Source: Caldisericia bacterium (GTDB lineage Bacteria > Caldisericota > Caldisericia > UBA6126). From it: a DNA stretch of 64,000 bases. Below are positions 9,815-18,922 of this stretch, one piece after another. The notes below the pieces were generated by a model that saw nothing but the letters and a program-made list of their open reading frames with translations, ran no database searches and was not told the DNA's origin. The position numbers and the translations under genes are program-made. The stretch lies in contig JAQVSG010000005.1 in NCBI GenBank assembly GCA_028700655.1, positions 1,702 to 65,701 of the forward strand. Direction: 5' to 3'. The first letter of the stretch is position 1. Every line of letters begins with the position of its first letter.

Positions 9815-10894
9815 ATGAAAGACGAATTAATACTAGTTATAAACCCTGGATCGACATCTACAAAAATAGCGATTTTCCGAAATGAAAATAATGAAATGCA
9901 AAAAAATATCGCCCATTCTTCCGAAGAACTACAGCATTTTAAAACACTGTTTGATCAACTTGAATTCCGAAAAGATAAAATTATCTCTACAATAACATCC
10001 TCTGGTTACTCATTGGATGACATTACAGCAATTGCCTCGAGAGGTGGAGTTTTAAAACCTTTAACATCAGGCGTCTACCCTTTCTCAAATCAAATGATTG
10101 AAGATCTTCGCACAGGCCGTTATATGTTGCACGCTTCCAATTTGGGAGCTGTAATTGGCCAGCAATTGTGCCAGCAATATCAAATTCCTGGTTTTATTGC
10201 AGATCCTGTTACTGTTGACGAAATGGAAGATATATCGCGTATATCTGGGATGAATGGAATGCAAAGAAAATCAATTTGGCATGCCCTAAACCAAAAACAT
10301 GTAGCCCGTAAAGCAGCCCAAAAACTAAACAAACGATACGAAGATACAAACCTTATTGTTGTTCATATGGGGGGAGGTATTTCTGTAGGAGTTCATAGAA
10401 AAGGAAAATGCACAGACGTAAATAACGCATTGAATGGAGATGGTCCGTTCAGCTCGGAAAGAGCAGGAACCCTCCCATCTCTTGGTTTGGTTGATCTTTG
10501 TTTTTCCGGCCAATATACACATGCAGAGATGAAAAAACTTCTTGCAGGTCGTGGAGGAATGGTCTCTCATCTTGGTACCAACAATGCCAAAGATGTGGAA
10601 GATCGATCTGAAAATGGGGAAGAAGAACCACGGACTATTATGAATGCAATGATTTATCAATCGGCAAAAGAAATAGGAAGAGCTGCCGCTGCCCTTAAGG
10701 GTAAAGTAGATAGTATTGTTTTCACGGGTGGTATGGCATATTCTCCTGTTATTGTAAGGCAATTAGAAGCCCATCTTGGATTTATACAAGCCCCTTACGA
10801 TGTGTATCCCGGGGAACACGAAATGGAAGCACTTGCATTGAATATTCTTGAGGTATTGCGGGATCAAACAAAGGCAAAATCGTATGAAGGATAA
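9815..10894 (+). CDS. buk: Butyrate (short/branched-chain acyl) kinase, copy 2
   Basis: LVINPGSTSTKIAIF, HMGGGISV and TGGMAYS are present. It is clearly a diverged paralog of 7732-8814. Confidence 0.9.
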   Translation: MKDELILVINPGSTSTKIAIFRNENNEMQKNIAHSSEELQHFKTLFDQLEFRKDKIISTITSSGYSLDDITAIASRGGVLKPLTSGVYPFSNQMIEDLRTGRYMLHASNLGAVIGQQLCQQYQIPGFIADPVTVDEMEDISRISGMNGMQRKSIWHALNQKHVARKAAQKLNKRYEDTNLIVVHMGGGISVGVHRKGKCTDVNNALNGDGPFSSERAGTLPSLGLVDLCFSGQYTHAEMKKLLAGRGGMVSHLGTNNAKDVEDRSENGEEEPRTIMNAMIYQSAKEIGRAAAALKGKVDSIVFTGGMAYSPVIVRQLEAHLGFIQAPYDVYPGEHEMEALALNILEVLRDQTKAKSYEG

Positions 10895-11597
10895 CCCGTC
10901 CTCGATCAAAAATATTTGGGTTTTGATTGGCAACATGGGATCGGGCAAAAGTGAGATTTCCATTAATTTCATCTTGCATCAGAAAAAGCAATCCCCTCAT
11001 CGACCCATTAAACTCATTGATCTTGACATCATTAAACCTTACATCCGACTACGAGATCGAGAAAAAGAAATCACAAATCAAGGAATTGATCTATTATTGC
11101 CTGACAAATCCGTTCGCAATATGGATATGCCAATTGTCCCCTCTCATATTTATGACTACTTACGAAACGATTCTTTTGACCTTGTTATGGACGTTGGTGG
11201 AGAAGAAAATGGGTGCACAACGATTGCACAATTTCAAGAAGTTTTGTATACAGCCAACCTAGAAGTGTATCTTGTAATCAACACGCTTCGCCCATTCTCC
11301 AACACTGTGGATCGAATCAAGAACACTCTCCATTCCTTACAAGCGCATGCTCATTTGAAGGTCACAGGCCTTATAAGTAATACACACCTGCGTTTCCAAT
11401 CGGAAGACAAATCTATCATCGAAGGACTTGAAAAAGTAGAACAGGTTTCTAAAGATACCGGTATTCCCATCGTGTGGGTTACTATTTGGCATAAGGTTGT
11501 AACAGATTCCTTGCAAAAGAAGATTCCGTATCCAATCCTACCCATTAAACTTTTTTTAACTTTTCCCTGGGAAAAAAGTTCTCCTGATGGTCTATAA
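10884..11597 (+). CDS. P-loop NTPase of unknown function (MinD/CooC-like small ATPase)
   Basis: Walker A GNMGSGKS sits near the N-terminus, with LIDLDI and DVGGEENG segments downstream. The ATG at 10884 overlaps the buk2 stop by 11 nt. The TTG at 10848 was rejected. Confidence 0.55.
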   Translation: MKDNPSSIKNIWVLIGNMGSGKSEISINFILHQKKQSPHRPIKLIDLDIIKPYIRLRDREKEITNQGIDLLLPDKSVRNMDMPIVPSHIYDYLRNDSFDLVMDVGGEENGCTTIAQFQEVLYTANLEVYLVINTLRPFSNTVDRIKNTLHSLQAHAHLKVTGLISNTHLRFQSEDKSIIEGLEKVEQVSKDTGIPIVWVTIWHKVVTDSLQKKIPYPILPIKLFLTFPWEKSSPDGL

Positions 11598-11681
11598 TAG
11601 AATCCTATTGAGTCTTTTTAGCGAGATCTATCGTCTGCATTTGAAAAACAGTAGAAAACTGCTACCATATTCGTATTCTAT

Positions 11682-11754
11682 GTGCCCGTAGCTTAACGGA
11701 TAAAGCGCCGGCCTCCGGAGCCGTAGACTGGAGGTTCGATTCCTCTCGGGCACA
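11682..11754 (+). tRNA. tRNA-Arg (anticodon CCG)
   Basis: Hand-folded cloverleaf: acceptor GTGCCCG/CGGGCAC, D arm GCTT..AAGC, anticodon arm CCGGC-CTCCGGA-GCCG(T), T arm GGAGG-TTCGATT-CCTCT. Confidence 0.85.
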
Positions 11755-11790
11755 CATTTTTTTAAAAAGTATATACACCATAGATGGAAC

Positions 11791-12663
11791 ATGAAAAATA
11801 AACCAAAAAAGAGAACTCTACGAAAAGGACCCTTTGTTCTTTTTTTGCTTCTTGCCATGATTTTTTTTGTTGGAGGGCGCACACTTTTATTCTTACCAAT
11901 AACAGAGTACCAAGCAAATCCCTCTTCAAAAGCAAAACTTGAAAACTATCTCCAACCTCTTAGTTTTCTAGGGTTTCTGCCTTCAAAGACCCTACTCGCA
12001 CTGCCTATAAAAGAAATTGTTGGAGAATCCTATCCGTTTAAAAACATAGATCGGATTGGCTTGTTTCGCTGGAAAATTCAAATCTGTGAACCCACCTCCG
12101 TCTTTCTGGTATCCATCAACAATTTTCTTTATCCATGCGATTGTGATGGCAATATTCTTACGATTCCCAATGTAACCGGTTCTCTACTGCAAGGCAATGA
12201 AGAAATTCTCTATACAATCACAATCCCTCCTCCCCAAATTGACACCTCTCAGGGAAATGTTATGTCCTCTCCTCCTCGTTTTGATTTTGTAGATATTTAC
12301 AATCAACATATCCAACCTTTTGTTGAGTACATTGTGCAATCATCAAGCCATCTTGGTCCTCAAATCACCCACATTGATTATACCCCAGAAGAAGGCTTGA
12401 AATTTATCAAAAGCTCTACTTCTGGACATACCATACAATGTATATTTGGCAACGAAACAGCTTTCTCCAATCTTGAAAAAAAATTAGATGCTGCAGAACT
12501 ATATTTAAAAAAACAAAACACATTTTTAGATTTCAATTGTATTGATGTGCGATTTCGAAGACAGGCAGTATGCTCAAACACGAAAGATCTAGGAAAAGAA
12601 GAATCCGAGCAAAAAACGAAAGAAGAGGAAACGACCAAAGAAGATACTACAGAAACCCCGTAA
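11791..12663 (+). CDS. FtsQ/DivIB-like membrane protein (tentative)
   Basis: It has a basic N-terminus, a single TM helix (FVLFLLLAMIFFVGG) and an extracytoplasmic beta-rich region, and lies directly upstream of ftsZ. It ends in an acidic, low-complexity tail. The assignment rests on topology and synteny only. Confidence 0.45.
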   Translation: MKNKPKKRTLRKGPFVLFLLLAMIFFVGGRTLLFLPITEYQANPSSKAKLENYLQPLSFLGFLPSKTLLALPIKEIVGESYPFKNIDRIGLFRWKIQICEPTSVFLVSINNFLYPCDCDGNILTIPNVTGSLLQGNEEILYTITIPPPQIDTSQGNVMSSPPRFDFVDIYNQHIQPFVEYIVQSSSHLGPQITHIDYTPEEGLKFIKSSTSGHTIQCIFGNETAFSNLEKKLDAAELYLKKQNTFLDFNCIDVRFRRQAVCSNTKDLGKEESEQKTKEEETTKEDTTETP

Positions 12664-12943
12664 ACTACAGCGGAAGGAACCTCATCACCGTAATCAACGA
12701 AGCCCTTGTGAAGGATTCCAAACCTACGTAGCATTTTGTTTCCACATTAAATGCCATGTGTACAATAAGAACCGTATGTCACCTTTTTTTTCATAAAAGT
12801 ACAACTTTATGTAGTATAATCTTGACAAAAAACTTGATTTTTGAAGTTCCCTTCCTTATTATTAAAACCATCACGAATGAATTTGTAAAATGGTACTATA
12901 CGGATCATTAAACGATACAAGTTCCTTTGAAGGGAGGCAGTAG

Positions 12944-14047
12944 ATGTCAGAGAATTCTAGTGTAAACTCTTGGAAACGATATCCTAAAGTTGTTGTTGTA
13001 GGTATTGGTGGTGGAGGAACGAATGCTGTTAATAGGATGGTTGGGTACGGATTGGATAAAGTTCATTTTATTGCAGTCAATACCGATGTACAAGCTCTCG
13101 ACCATTCAGAAGCGCCCATCAAATTACAGATTGGTGCCCGTATTACCGACGGTCTAGGTGCTGGAGCCAATCCAGAACTAGGAGAAAAATCAGCACAAGA
13201 AAACGAAGACGATATTCGACAACTTTATGAAGGTGCTGATATGGTTATTGTTACGGCTGGCATGGGCGGAGGAACAGGGACGGGAGCAATCCCCGTGTTT
13301 GCTCGCATTGCCCAAGATATGGACATCCTTACGGTAGCCATTGTTACAAGACCTTTTCTTTTTGAAGGAAAAAGAAGAATTGAGTACGCCGATCAAGGTA
13401 TCGCCAAATTAAAAAACCATGTTGACGCCATTGTAACAATTGATAACGAAAACCTTTTGACAATGGAAAAAAAGTCTGCCCCTATGGAAGAATCCTTTGG
13501 ACTAGTAGACGAAGTTTTACATCAATGTGTAAGGGGTATTTCTGAGCTTTTGTATGAAACTGGTTTTGTGAATGTAGATTTTAAGGATTTACAAAAAGTT
13601 TTAAAAGATTCCGGAAAGGCTTATTTTGGCATCGGATACGCAAAGGGAGATCAGCGAGCCGTTGAAGCAGCCCAAAATGCCGTTAACAACAAAATGATTG
13701 ACAAAGATGTTCTTGAATCTGCCAAATCCATCCTCATCAATCTTCGTGGATCGACAAAATTCTCAATGGAAGAAGCCATGAAAAGTGTGAACGAGATTAC
13801 CTCTCTTGCGAAAAACAATGGGTTGGATCCCGAAGTTATTTGGGGTGGTGGCAATTTTAGAAGTATCAAAGACGATGAAGTATACATCACTGTAATTGCG
13901 ACTGGAATTCCAGAAGATGTAAAAAAACCAATGCCTCATGTAGTTGCCAAAAAAGCTTCTCCTGTGACAGTTCGAGAAGATGAATATAGTGACAACAATG
14001 AAGAAGGTCTCGATATTCCCGATTTTTTACGGTCTCAAATGGGGTAA
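12944..14047 (+). CDS. ftsZ: Cell division GTPase FtsZ
   Basis: GIGGGGTNAV, tubulin signature GGGTGTGA and the C-terminal docking peptide DIPDFLR are present, with SD gggagg upstream. Confidence 0.96.
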   Translation: MSENSSVNSWKRYPKVVVVGIGGGGTNAVNRMVGYGLDKVHFIAVNTDVQALDHSEAPIKLQIGARITDGLGAGANPELGEKSAQENEDDIRQLYEGADMVIVTAGMGGGTGTGAIPVFARIAQDMDILTVAIVTRPFLFEGKRRIEYADQGIAKLKNHVDAIVTIDNENLLTMEKKSAPMEESFGLVDEVLHQCVRGISELLYETGFVNVDFKDLQKVLKDSGKAYFGIGYAKGDQRAVEAAQNAVNNKMIDKDVLESAKSILINLRGSTKFSMEEAMKSVNEITSLAKNNGLDPEVIWGGGNFRSIKDDEVYITVIATGIPEDVKKPMPHVVAKKASPVTVREDEYSDNNEEGLDIPDFLRSQMG

Positions 14048-14084
14048 AACCCATCTATGACAAAAGAAAGGTTTTTCTAGATTT

Positions 14085-15068
14085 ATGAGAACAAAGAAAA
14101 CGACCGATGCTGTATCTGTTGTTGTAATCGCTTTTTGTTTTGTGATTGCCGCCATTATTCTTGTTCAAGTATTCCGAACCATTTCCTTCAGCCATACAAA
14201 TCATACTTTATCCTTGGATGTCACAAGAACCGAAATCATGATTCTTGCCAACGGGTTTAATTCCAAGACAGAAACAGTCTATTCTTCTCCTGTAAATGGA
14301 GTAGTCAGCCGCATAAAAATGGCAGGGGCTGTTGTTCGTATTGGTTCGCCCATCCTTTCTATAGTAACAGATACAACAACTACAGAGATTCAATCTCAGA
14401 CAAATGGGGTACTCAGCTATATTCGAGATAACATTGAAGACACTTTTACATTTGAAAATGCCCTTCAAAAAACAATTTCGATGGAAGAGATTCTAGACCC
14501 TCCCACAAAATTTGAGCGCGTCGAAGATGGGAAAAAAGTAAAAGAAGGCGATTTTATATGCAAAGTTGTTAACAATGATAATATCTCGTATGTGTTACTC
14601 GTAGAATCAAGATTTGCTTCTAGGTTGGATATCGGGAAGTCGTATTCGTTTACATTAACCTACCCAGCTAGTCTATCTGTAAATGGTAGTATCTCAAAAA
14701 AAGAAGTCTACAACGATGACTATGTTTTGGTTTGTTTCACCACTCCTTATTATGTGGAAACCCTTTTAAACACAAGAAAAGTAAATGGTTACTTTTCCTT
14801 TGGATTTCACAATGCTGCCATTCTTCCACCTTCTGCAGTAAAAGAAGTATCCCCTGGCCTATATGCGATATATTACGTCCCCTTTGATAGCAGCAAGCCA
14901 GTGTATGCACCCGTTACAGTGAAAGGTTATCAACCTGGTACCAACGACTTCATCATTACCGAGATTGGTGCAGGAGATGATGCAAAACCTGTTGATGAAT
15001 ACAGGGGTATTGAAGTCTACTTAGACTGGAAACTGGTCGAAGAAGAGTTATCAAATAATGAGTCATGA
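14085..15068 (+). CDS. Membrane-anchored hypothetical protein with a barrel-sandwich (lipoyl/HlyD-like) segment
   Basis: It has an N-terminal TM helix. SPVNGVVSRIKMAGAVVRIGSPILSI resembles the hybrid motif of membrane-fusion or biotinyl-lipoyl domains. It overlaps yggS by 11 nt. Confidence 0.6.
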   Translation: MRTKKTTDAVSVVVIAFCFVIAAIILVQVFRTISFSHTNHTLSLDVTRTEIMILANGFNSKTETVYSSPVNGVVSRIKMAGAVVRIGSPILSIVTDTTTTEIQSQTNGVLSYIRDNIEDTFTFENALQKTISMEEILDPPTKFERVEDGKKVKEGDFICKVVNNDNISYVLLVESRFASRLDIGKSYSFTLTYPASLSVNGSISKKEVYNDDYVLVCFTTPYYVETLLNTRKVNGYFSFGFHNAAILPPSAVKEVSPGLYAIYYVPFDSSKPVYAPVTVKGYQPGTNDFIITEIGAGDDAKPVDEYRGIEVYLDWKLVEEELSNNES

Positions 15069-15819
15069 AGAAACCCTTTCCCTAAAACTTCGAAACCTTC
15101 ACGAGACCATTCAAGAGTATGCCATAAAGAGTGGTAGAGACCCTTCTGCAATCCACCTTATGTGTGTATCAAAAAAAGCAACCTCCTCGGAAATAATGCA
15201 AGCAATTCAAAGTGGAGAAACCCTCTTTGGAGAAAATTATGCACAAGATGCTATTCCAAAAATTCAGACCATTCAGCAAGAAATCCAACATTTATCACCT
15301 CCACCAAAAAAAACTAAATTTCATTTCATTGGGCACCTTCAACAAAACAAAGTCAAGAAGATAATTCCTGCTTTTCATCGTGTCGATTCAGTAGACTCGG
15401 TGCAACTAGCCAATGTAATTTCTACCACTGTAGATTCCCTTTTCAATGTTGATTTGTGCAAAACCATCCCATATCCTTATCCTATCCTTCTTGAAATAAA
15501 AACTTCCAAAGATACTTCAAAATACGGGATTGCTCCCCAAGAGGTACCCTCTATTATTGAATCAATATTACCAATGAAACATTTACAAATTGAAGGTTTT
15601 ATGACCATGGCAACGTTCACGGACCAAGAAAGTGAAATTCGTCGATGTTTTTCCTTGTTACGATCAACAAAAGAAGAGGTAGAATCCAAGTTTAGGATCC
15701 CGTTCCCAGTTTTATCTATGGGAATGACGAATGATTATCCATACGCAATTCAAGAAGGTTCTACTCTATTGCGTATTGGTAGTGCAATTTTTGGAGGTTC
15801 ATATGAAATCAATCCTTGA
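15058..15819 (+). CDS. yggS: YggS/YlmE-family PLP-binding protein
   Basis: The PLP-lysine context LMCVSKK, FGENYAQD and HFIGHLQQNK are present, and the C-terminus LRIGSAIFG is typical of the family. Confidence 0.85.
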   Translation: MSHEETLSLKLRNLHETIQEYAIKSGRDPSAIHLMCVSKKATSSEIMQAIQSGETLFGENYAQDAIPKIQTIQQEIQHLSPPPKKTKFHFIGHLQQNKVKKIIPAFHRVDSVDSVQLANVISTTVDSLFNVDLCKTIPYPYPILLEIKTSKDTSKYGIAPQEVPSIIESILPMKHLQIEGFMTMATFTDQESEIRRCFSLLRSTKEEVESKFRIPFPVLSMGMTNDYPYAIQEGSTLLRIGSAIFGGSYEINP

Positions 15820-16333
15820 ATATTTAAAGAATTTATTCACAATTCCCCCTGATGAAGACGAAGATGAAGAAGAAATCGTCGAATCCCTACCCGAAAAAGA
15901 CAATGTTGCCTTTTTAAAAGAGCATTCACGAAACAACGACAATCGGTCTCAATCAAAACCTCTCATTCAAAAACGGTTCGCGAAAGCCAGCAACGCACAT
16001 CAAGATTCTTTCTCCCCATCATTAGAAATTGATTATATTACCATTCCCAGAGACGAAAAAGAAGCGCTTGATCTTGCGAAAGTTACCATTGATAAGCTTC
16101 AAAATGGTCATCCTGTGATTGCTTCTGCTAAAGAAATCATTAGAGATGGTAAGTATTATTTCATGCTTTTTGGTGCTTGCTATGCCCTGCAATGCAAAAT
16201 TGAAAAGATCACACAGTATAGTTACTTGTTTCTACCACAGAATTACAATGTTAATGCTTTGAACAAGAAGGAATTTATACATCCTGAAAATAGAGAATCT
16301 TTTTTAGGGGACATTGAAGACTCTTCTTTCTGA
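15803..16333 (+). CDS. sepF: SepF-like FtsZ-interacting division protein
   Basis: The ATG at 15803 follows SD ggagg. The N-terminal amphipathic MKSILEYLKNLF is followed by an acidic DEDEDEEE linker and a C-terminal domain of about 90 aa. It lies directly after yggS, as in ylmE-sepF clusters. Confidence 0.7.
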   Translation: MKSILEYLKNLFTIPPDEDEDEEEIVESLPEKDNVAFLKEHSRNNDNRSQSKPLIQKRFAKASNAHQDSFSPSLEIDYITIPRDEKEALDLAKVTIDKLQNGHPVIASAKEIIRDGKYYFMLFGACYALQCKIEKITQYSYLFLPQNYNVNALNKKEFIHPENRESFLGDIEDSSF

Positions 16334-16515
16334 AATCGTAATGAAAGAATCTATACGTAACAATTCTCTTTCCTTTTTTTTGAACTTTTCTTTCTTTTGT
16401 TTGTTTCCTTGGTATGCAATTTTATTTTTTAACAAAACGAGACAGTTTAAATTCTTATTTACTACCCACTCCATTATTATTTTTCAATGATTTCATTTTT
16501 CAGTACAATAATAGT

Positions 16516-17022
16516 ATGAACGCAGAAGACAAAAAATTATTTACAGATTTTGTTGAACAATATCACCAAGATGTGTATCGCGTTGCTTTGTACTTTACAA
16601 GAAATCAAGATGATGCTTACGACATAACCCAAGAAACATTTCTACGTGCTTGGAAATATTTCTATACTTTTGACAGAACGACAGATTTTAAGAATTGGAT
16701 TTTACAAATATTACGCAATACCTTTCTTTCTTCTATCCAAAAGAACAACAAAATGGTTCATCCCGAAAAGGGATTGGATCATTTGCCGGACACTAGAGCC
16801 TCGCATGACTTTCAAATACTAGATGATCATCGCATTGACAATCTTCGTAATGCAATTCAGAATCTGCCCACTGATTTTCGGGAAGTAATTATTTTGTCAG
16901 ATATTGAAGGATTAAGCTACGAATCGATTGCCCAAGTTCTTGATATCCCTATCGGTACAGTTCGTTCCAGACTTCATCGAGCACGTCTACTCCTAAAAGA
17001 AAGGGTTAATCCAGCAATATGA
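16516..17022 (+). CDS. ECF-type RNA polymerase sigma-70 factor
   Basis: Region 2 DITQETFLRAW and the region 4 HTH LSYESIAQVLDIPIGTVRSRLHRAR are present. The ATG at 16516 is preferred over the upstream ORF extension. Confidence 0.85.
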   Translation: MNAEDKKLFTDFVEQYHQDVYRVALYFTRNQDDAYDITQETFLRAWKYFYTFDRTTDFKNWILQILRNTFLSSIQKNNKMVHPEKGLDHLPDTRASHDFQILDDHRIDNLRNAIQNLPTDFREVIILSDIEGLSYESIAQVLDIPIGTVRSRLHRARLLLKERVNPAI

Positions 17023-17276
17023 CAAAAAAACCAGATCCTACTATTTGTAAATCCAAACAGCTTCTAGTGAATGATTTTATTGATAATCGTATGACAGACA
17101 TTGAGAGAGAAGATTTTTTACGATGGATCCAGAATTGTCATGAACAATACAACTGCAATATATGTAGCGACAGAATTCAATCCTTTAGCAGCTTAAAAGT
17201 ACTCTGCAAAGAACTGGCCATCCATGTTCAAACACCTTCCGATATTGTTAGTAAAATAAAAACACAACTCTATTAA
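17019..17276 (+). CDS. Putative soluble zinc-binding anti-sigma factor
   Basis: It is joined to the sigma gene by an ATGA overlap. It is 85 aa with no TM helix and carries a Cys/His cluster, CHEQYNCNIC, resembling the ZAS H-x3-C-x2-C motif with one extra residue. Confidence 0.5.
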   Translation: MTKKPDPTICKSKQLLVNDFIDNRMTDIEREDFLRWIQNCHEQYNCNICSDRIQSFSSLKVLCKELAIHVQTPSDIVSKIKTQLY

Positions 17277-17305
17277 AAACCCTGTTTTGAGAAGGTTCTC
17301 TAGGT

Positions 17306-18781
17306 TTATTTCAACCAATAATTCGGAGCTTCCCGTACAATTTGTATATCGTGTGGATGAGATTCTCGAACTCCAGATTGCGTAATTTGTACAAAATGAG
17401 CATTTTCTTGCAGTTGTTGAATTGTTTGAGCTCCCAAATATCCCATCCCAGCTCGTAAACCACCCAACATCTGATAAACAAACTCACCCAATCTACCCTT
17501 GTATGGGATTCTCCCAACAATACCTTCTGGCACTAATTTAGAGGTATCCATGTCATCTTGGAAATATCGAGAACCGCCACCTTCCTTCATAGCTTCAAGG
17601 GATCCCATACCGCGATATTCTTTATACTGTCTACCTTCCAAATATATCAAATCTCCAGGACTTTCTTCAAGCCCTGCAAGAAGATTGCCCAGCATTACTG
17701 TGGAAGCTCCCGCCGCTAAAGCCTTTGTTATGTCCCCTGTAAAACGAATGCCACCGTCAGCAATAACGGGAATTTTATATTCTTTTGCCACTTCATATGA
17801 GTACATAATGGCCGACAGTTGAGGAATCCCAACGCCTGCAATTACGCGTGTTGTACAAATAGAACCAGGCCCAATTCCTACTTTTATTGCAGAAGCTCCT
17901 GCTTGAATTAAATCCTTTGTAGCTTCACCTGTAGCAACATTTCCTGCAATGATGTCCAAATCAGGATATTGGTTACGCACTGCCTTAAGAAGATTAATAA
18001 TGCCTATATGATGTCCATGCGCTGAATCAATAACCAAAACGTCAATGCCGGCTTTTACTAAAAGCTCAACACGTTCCATGCAATCGTGGGATGTAGAAAC
18101 AGCTGCTCCTACACGGAGACGACCTTTTTCATCTTTGCAAGAATGTGGATATTTCTTAATCTTATCAATATCTTTAATCGTGAACAATCCGCTCAATTTG
18201 TAGTTTTCATCAACGATCAGTAATTTTTCAACTTTGTAGTTTGATAGGATGTTTTTTGCTTCGTCAATAGTAGTACCTTTGGGAGCCGTAATAAGGTTCT
18301 TTTTAGTCATCACGCTTTCAATGGATACGGAATAATCTGTAACAAATCGAATATCACGATTTGTGATGATACCAATAAGAGTATTCTCTTCGTCCGTTAT
18401 AGGGACCCCTGATATTTTATACTTTTTCATGATATCCAAAGCATCTTGGACAGTATTGTCTTTATGTGTTGTCACCGGGTTGTTAATAAGTCCACTTTCA
18501 GACCGCTTTACTCGATCAACTTCATCAGCCTGCTTTTCGGCGGATAAGTTCTTATGAATAATACCAATACCCCCTTGCCGTGCTAACGCAATCGCAAGTT
18601 TAGAATCCGTAACTCGATCCATGGCTGCACTCACAATAGGAATATTGAGCTGAATATTTTTTGTAAGCTGCGTATAAAGTTGGACATTGGTGGGCAAAAC
18701 TTCTGATTTAGCGGGGACTAACAACAAATCGTCAAAGGTGAATCCAGTTCCAATAATTTTATCTGCGATTGTTTTTTGCAT
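17306..18781 (-). CDS. guaB: IMP dehydrogenase
   Basis: [11 protein letters not shown], a CBS pair and the catalytic loop [11 protein letters not shown] are present. The ATG at 18781 is preceded by ggaggtacga, so the upstream extension to 18856 was rejected. Confidence 0.93.
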   Translation of the reverse strand: MQKTIADKIIGTGFTFDDLLLVPAKSEVLPTNVQLYTQLTKNIQLNIPIVSAAMDRVTDSKLAIALARQGGIGIIHKNLSAEKQADEVDRVKRSESGLINNPVTTHKDNTVQDALDIMKKYKISGVPITDEENTLIGIITNRDIRFVTDYSVSIESVMTKKNLITAPKGTTIDEAKNILSNYKVEKLLIVDENYKLSGLFTIKDIDKIKKYPHSCKDEKGRLRVGAAVSTSHDCMERVELLVKAGIDVLVIDSAHGHHIGIINLLKAVRNQYPDLDIIAGNVATGEATKDLIQAGASAIKVGIGPGSICTTRVIAGVGIPQLSAIMYSYEVAKEYKIPVIADGGIRFTGDITKALAAGASTVMLGNLLAGLEESPGDLIYLEGRQYKEYRGMGSLEAMKEGGGSRYFQDDMDTSKLVPEGIVGRIPYKGRLGEFVYQMLGGLRAGMGYLGAQTIQQLQENAHFVQITQSGVRESHPHDIQIVREAPNYWLK

Positions 18782-18922
18782 TCGTACCTCCGGTGTTTTC
18801 GTATATATTGTAAGATGTTTTGGCTCCTTATCAATCAAAATTACCGAATTCTCCAAAATCGAGCAGTAATTGGAAAAGAAGAACTTTCATCCAGGCATTG
18901 TTTTTTTGTATAATGAAGATCT

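Noticed and set aside
10325-10762. 145-aa antisense ORF inside buk2
   Set aside because: It overlaps conserved butyrate kinase motifs on the sense strand, and there is no independent support.
11682-11754. The tRNA-Arg genes (also 30661-30734) as integration sites for a mobile element
   Set aside because: There is no integrase, no partial tRNA direct repeat, no compositional break, and only housekeeping genes on both sides.
12664-12943. Unusually long (280-nt) non-coding region upstream of ftsZ, examined for an sRNA or riboswitch
   Set aside because: It contains only promoter-like A/T-rich hexamers (TATAAT at about 12815, TTGACA at about 12823). No stable conserved-looking structure or known motif is present, so it probably holds multiple ftsZ promoters.
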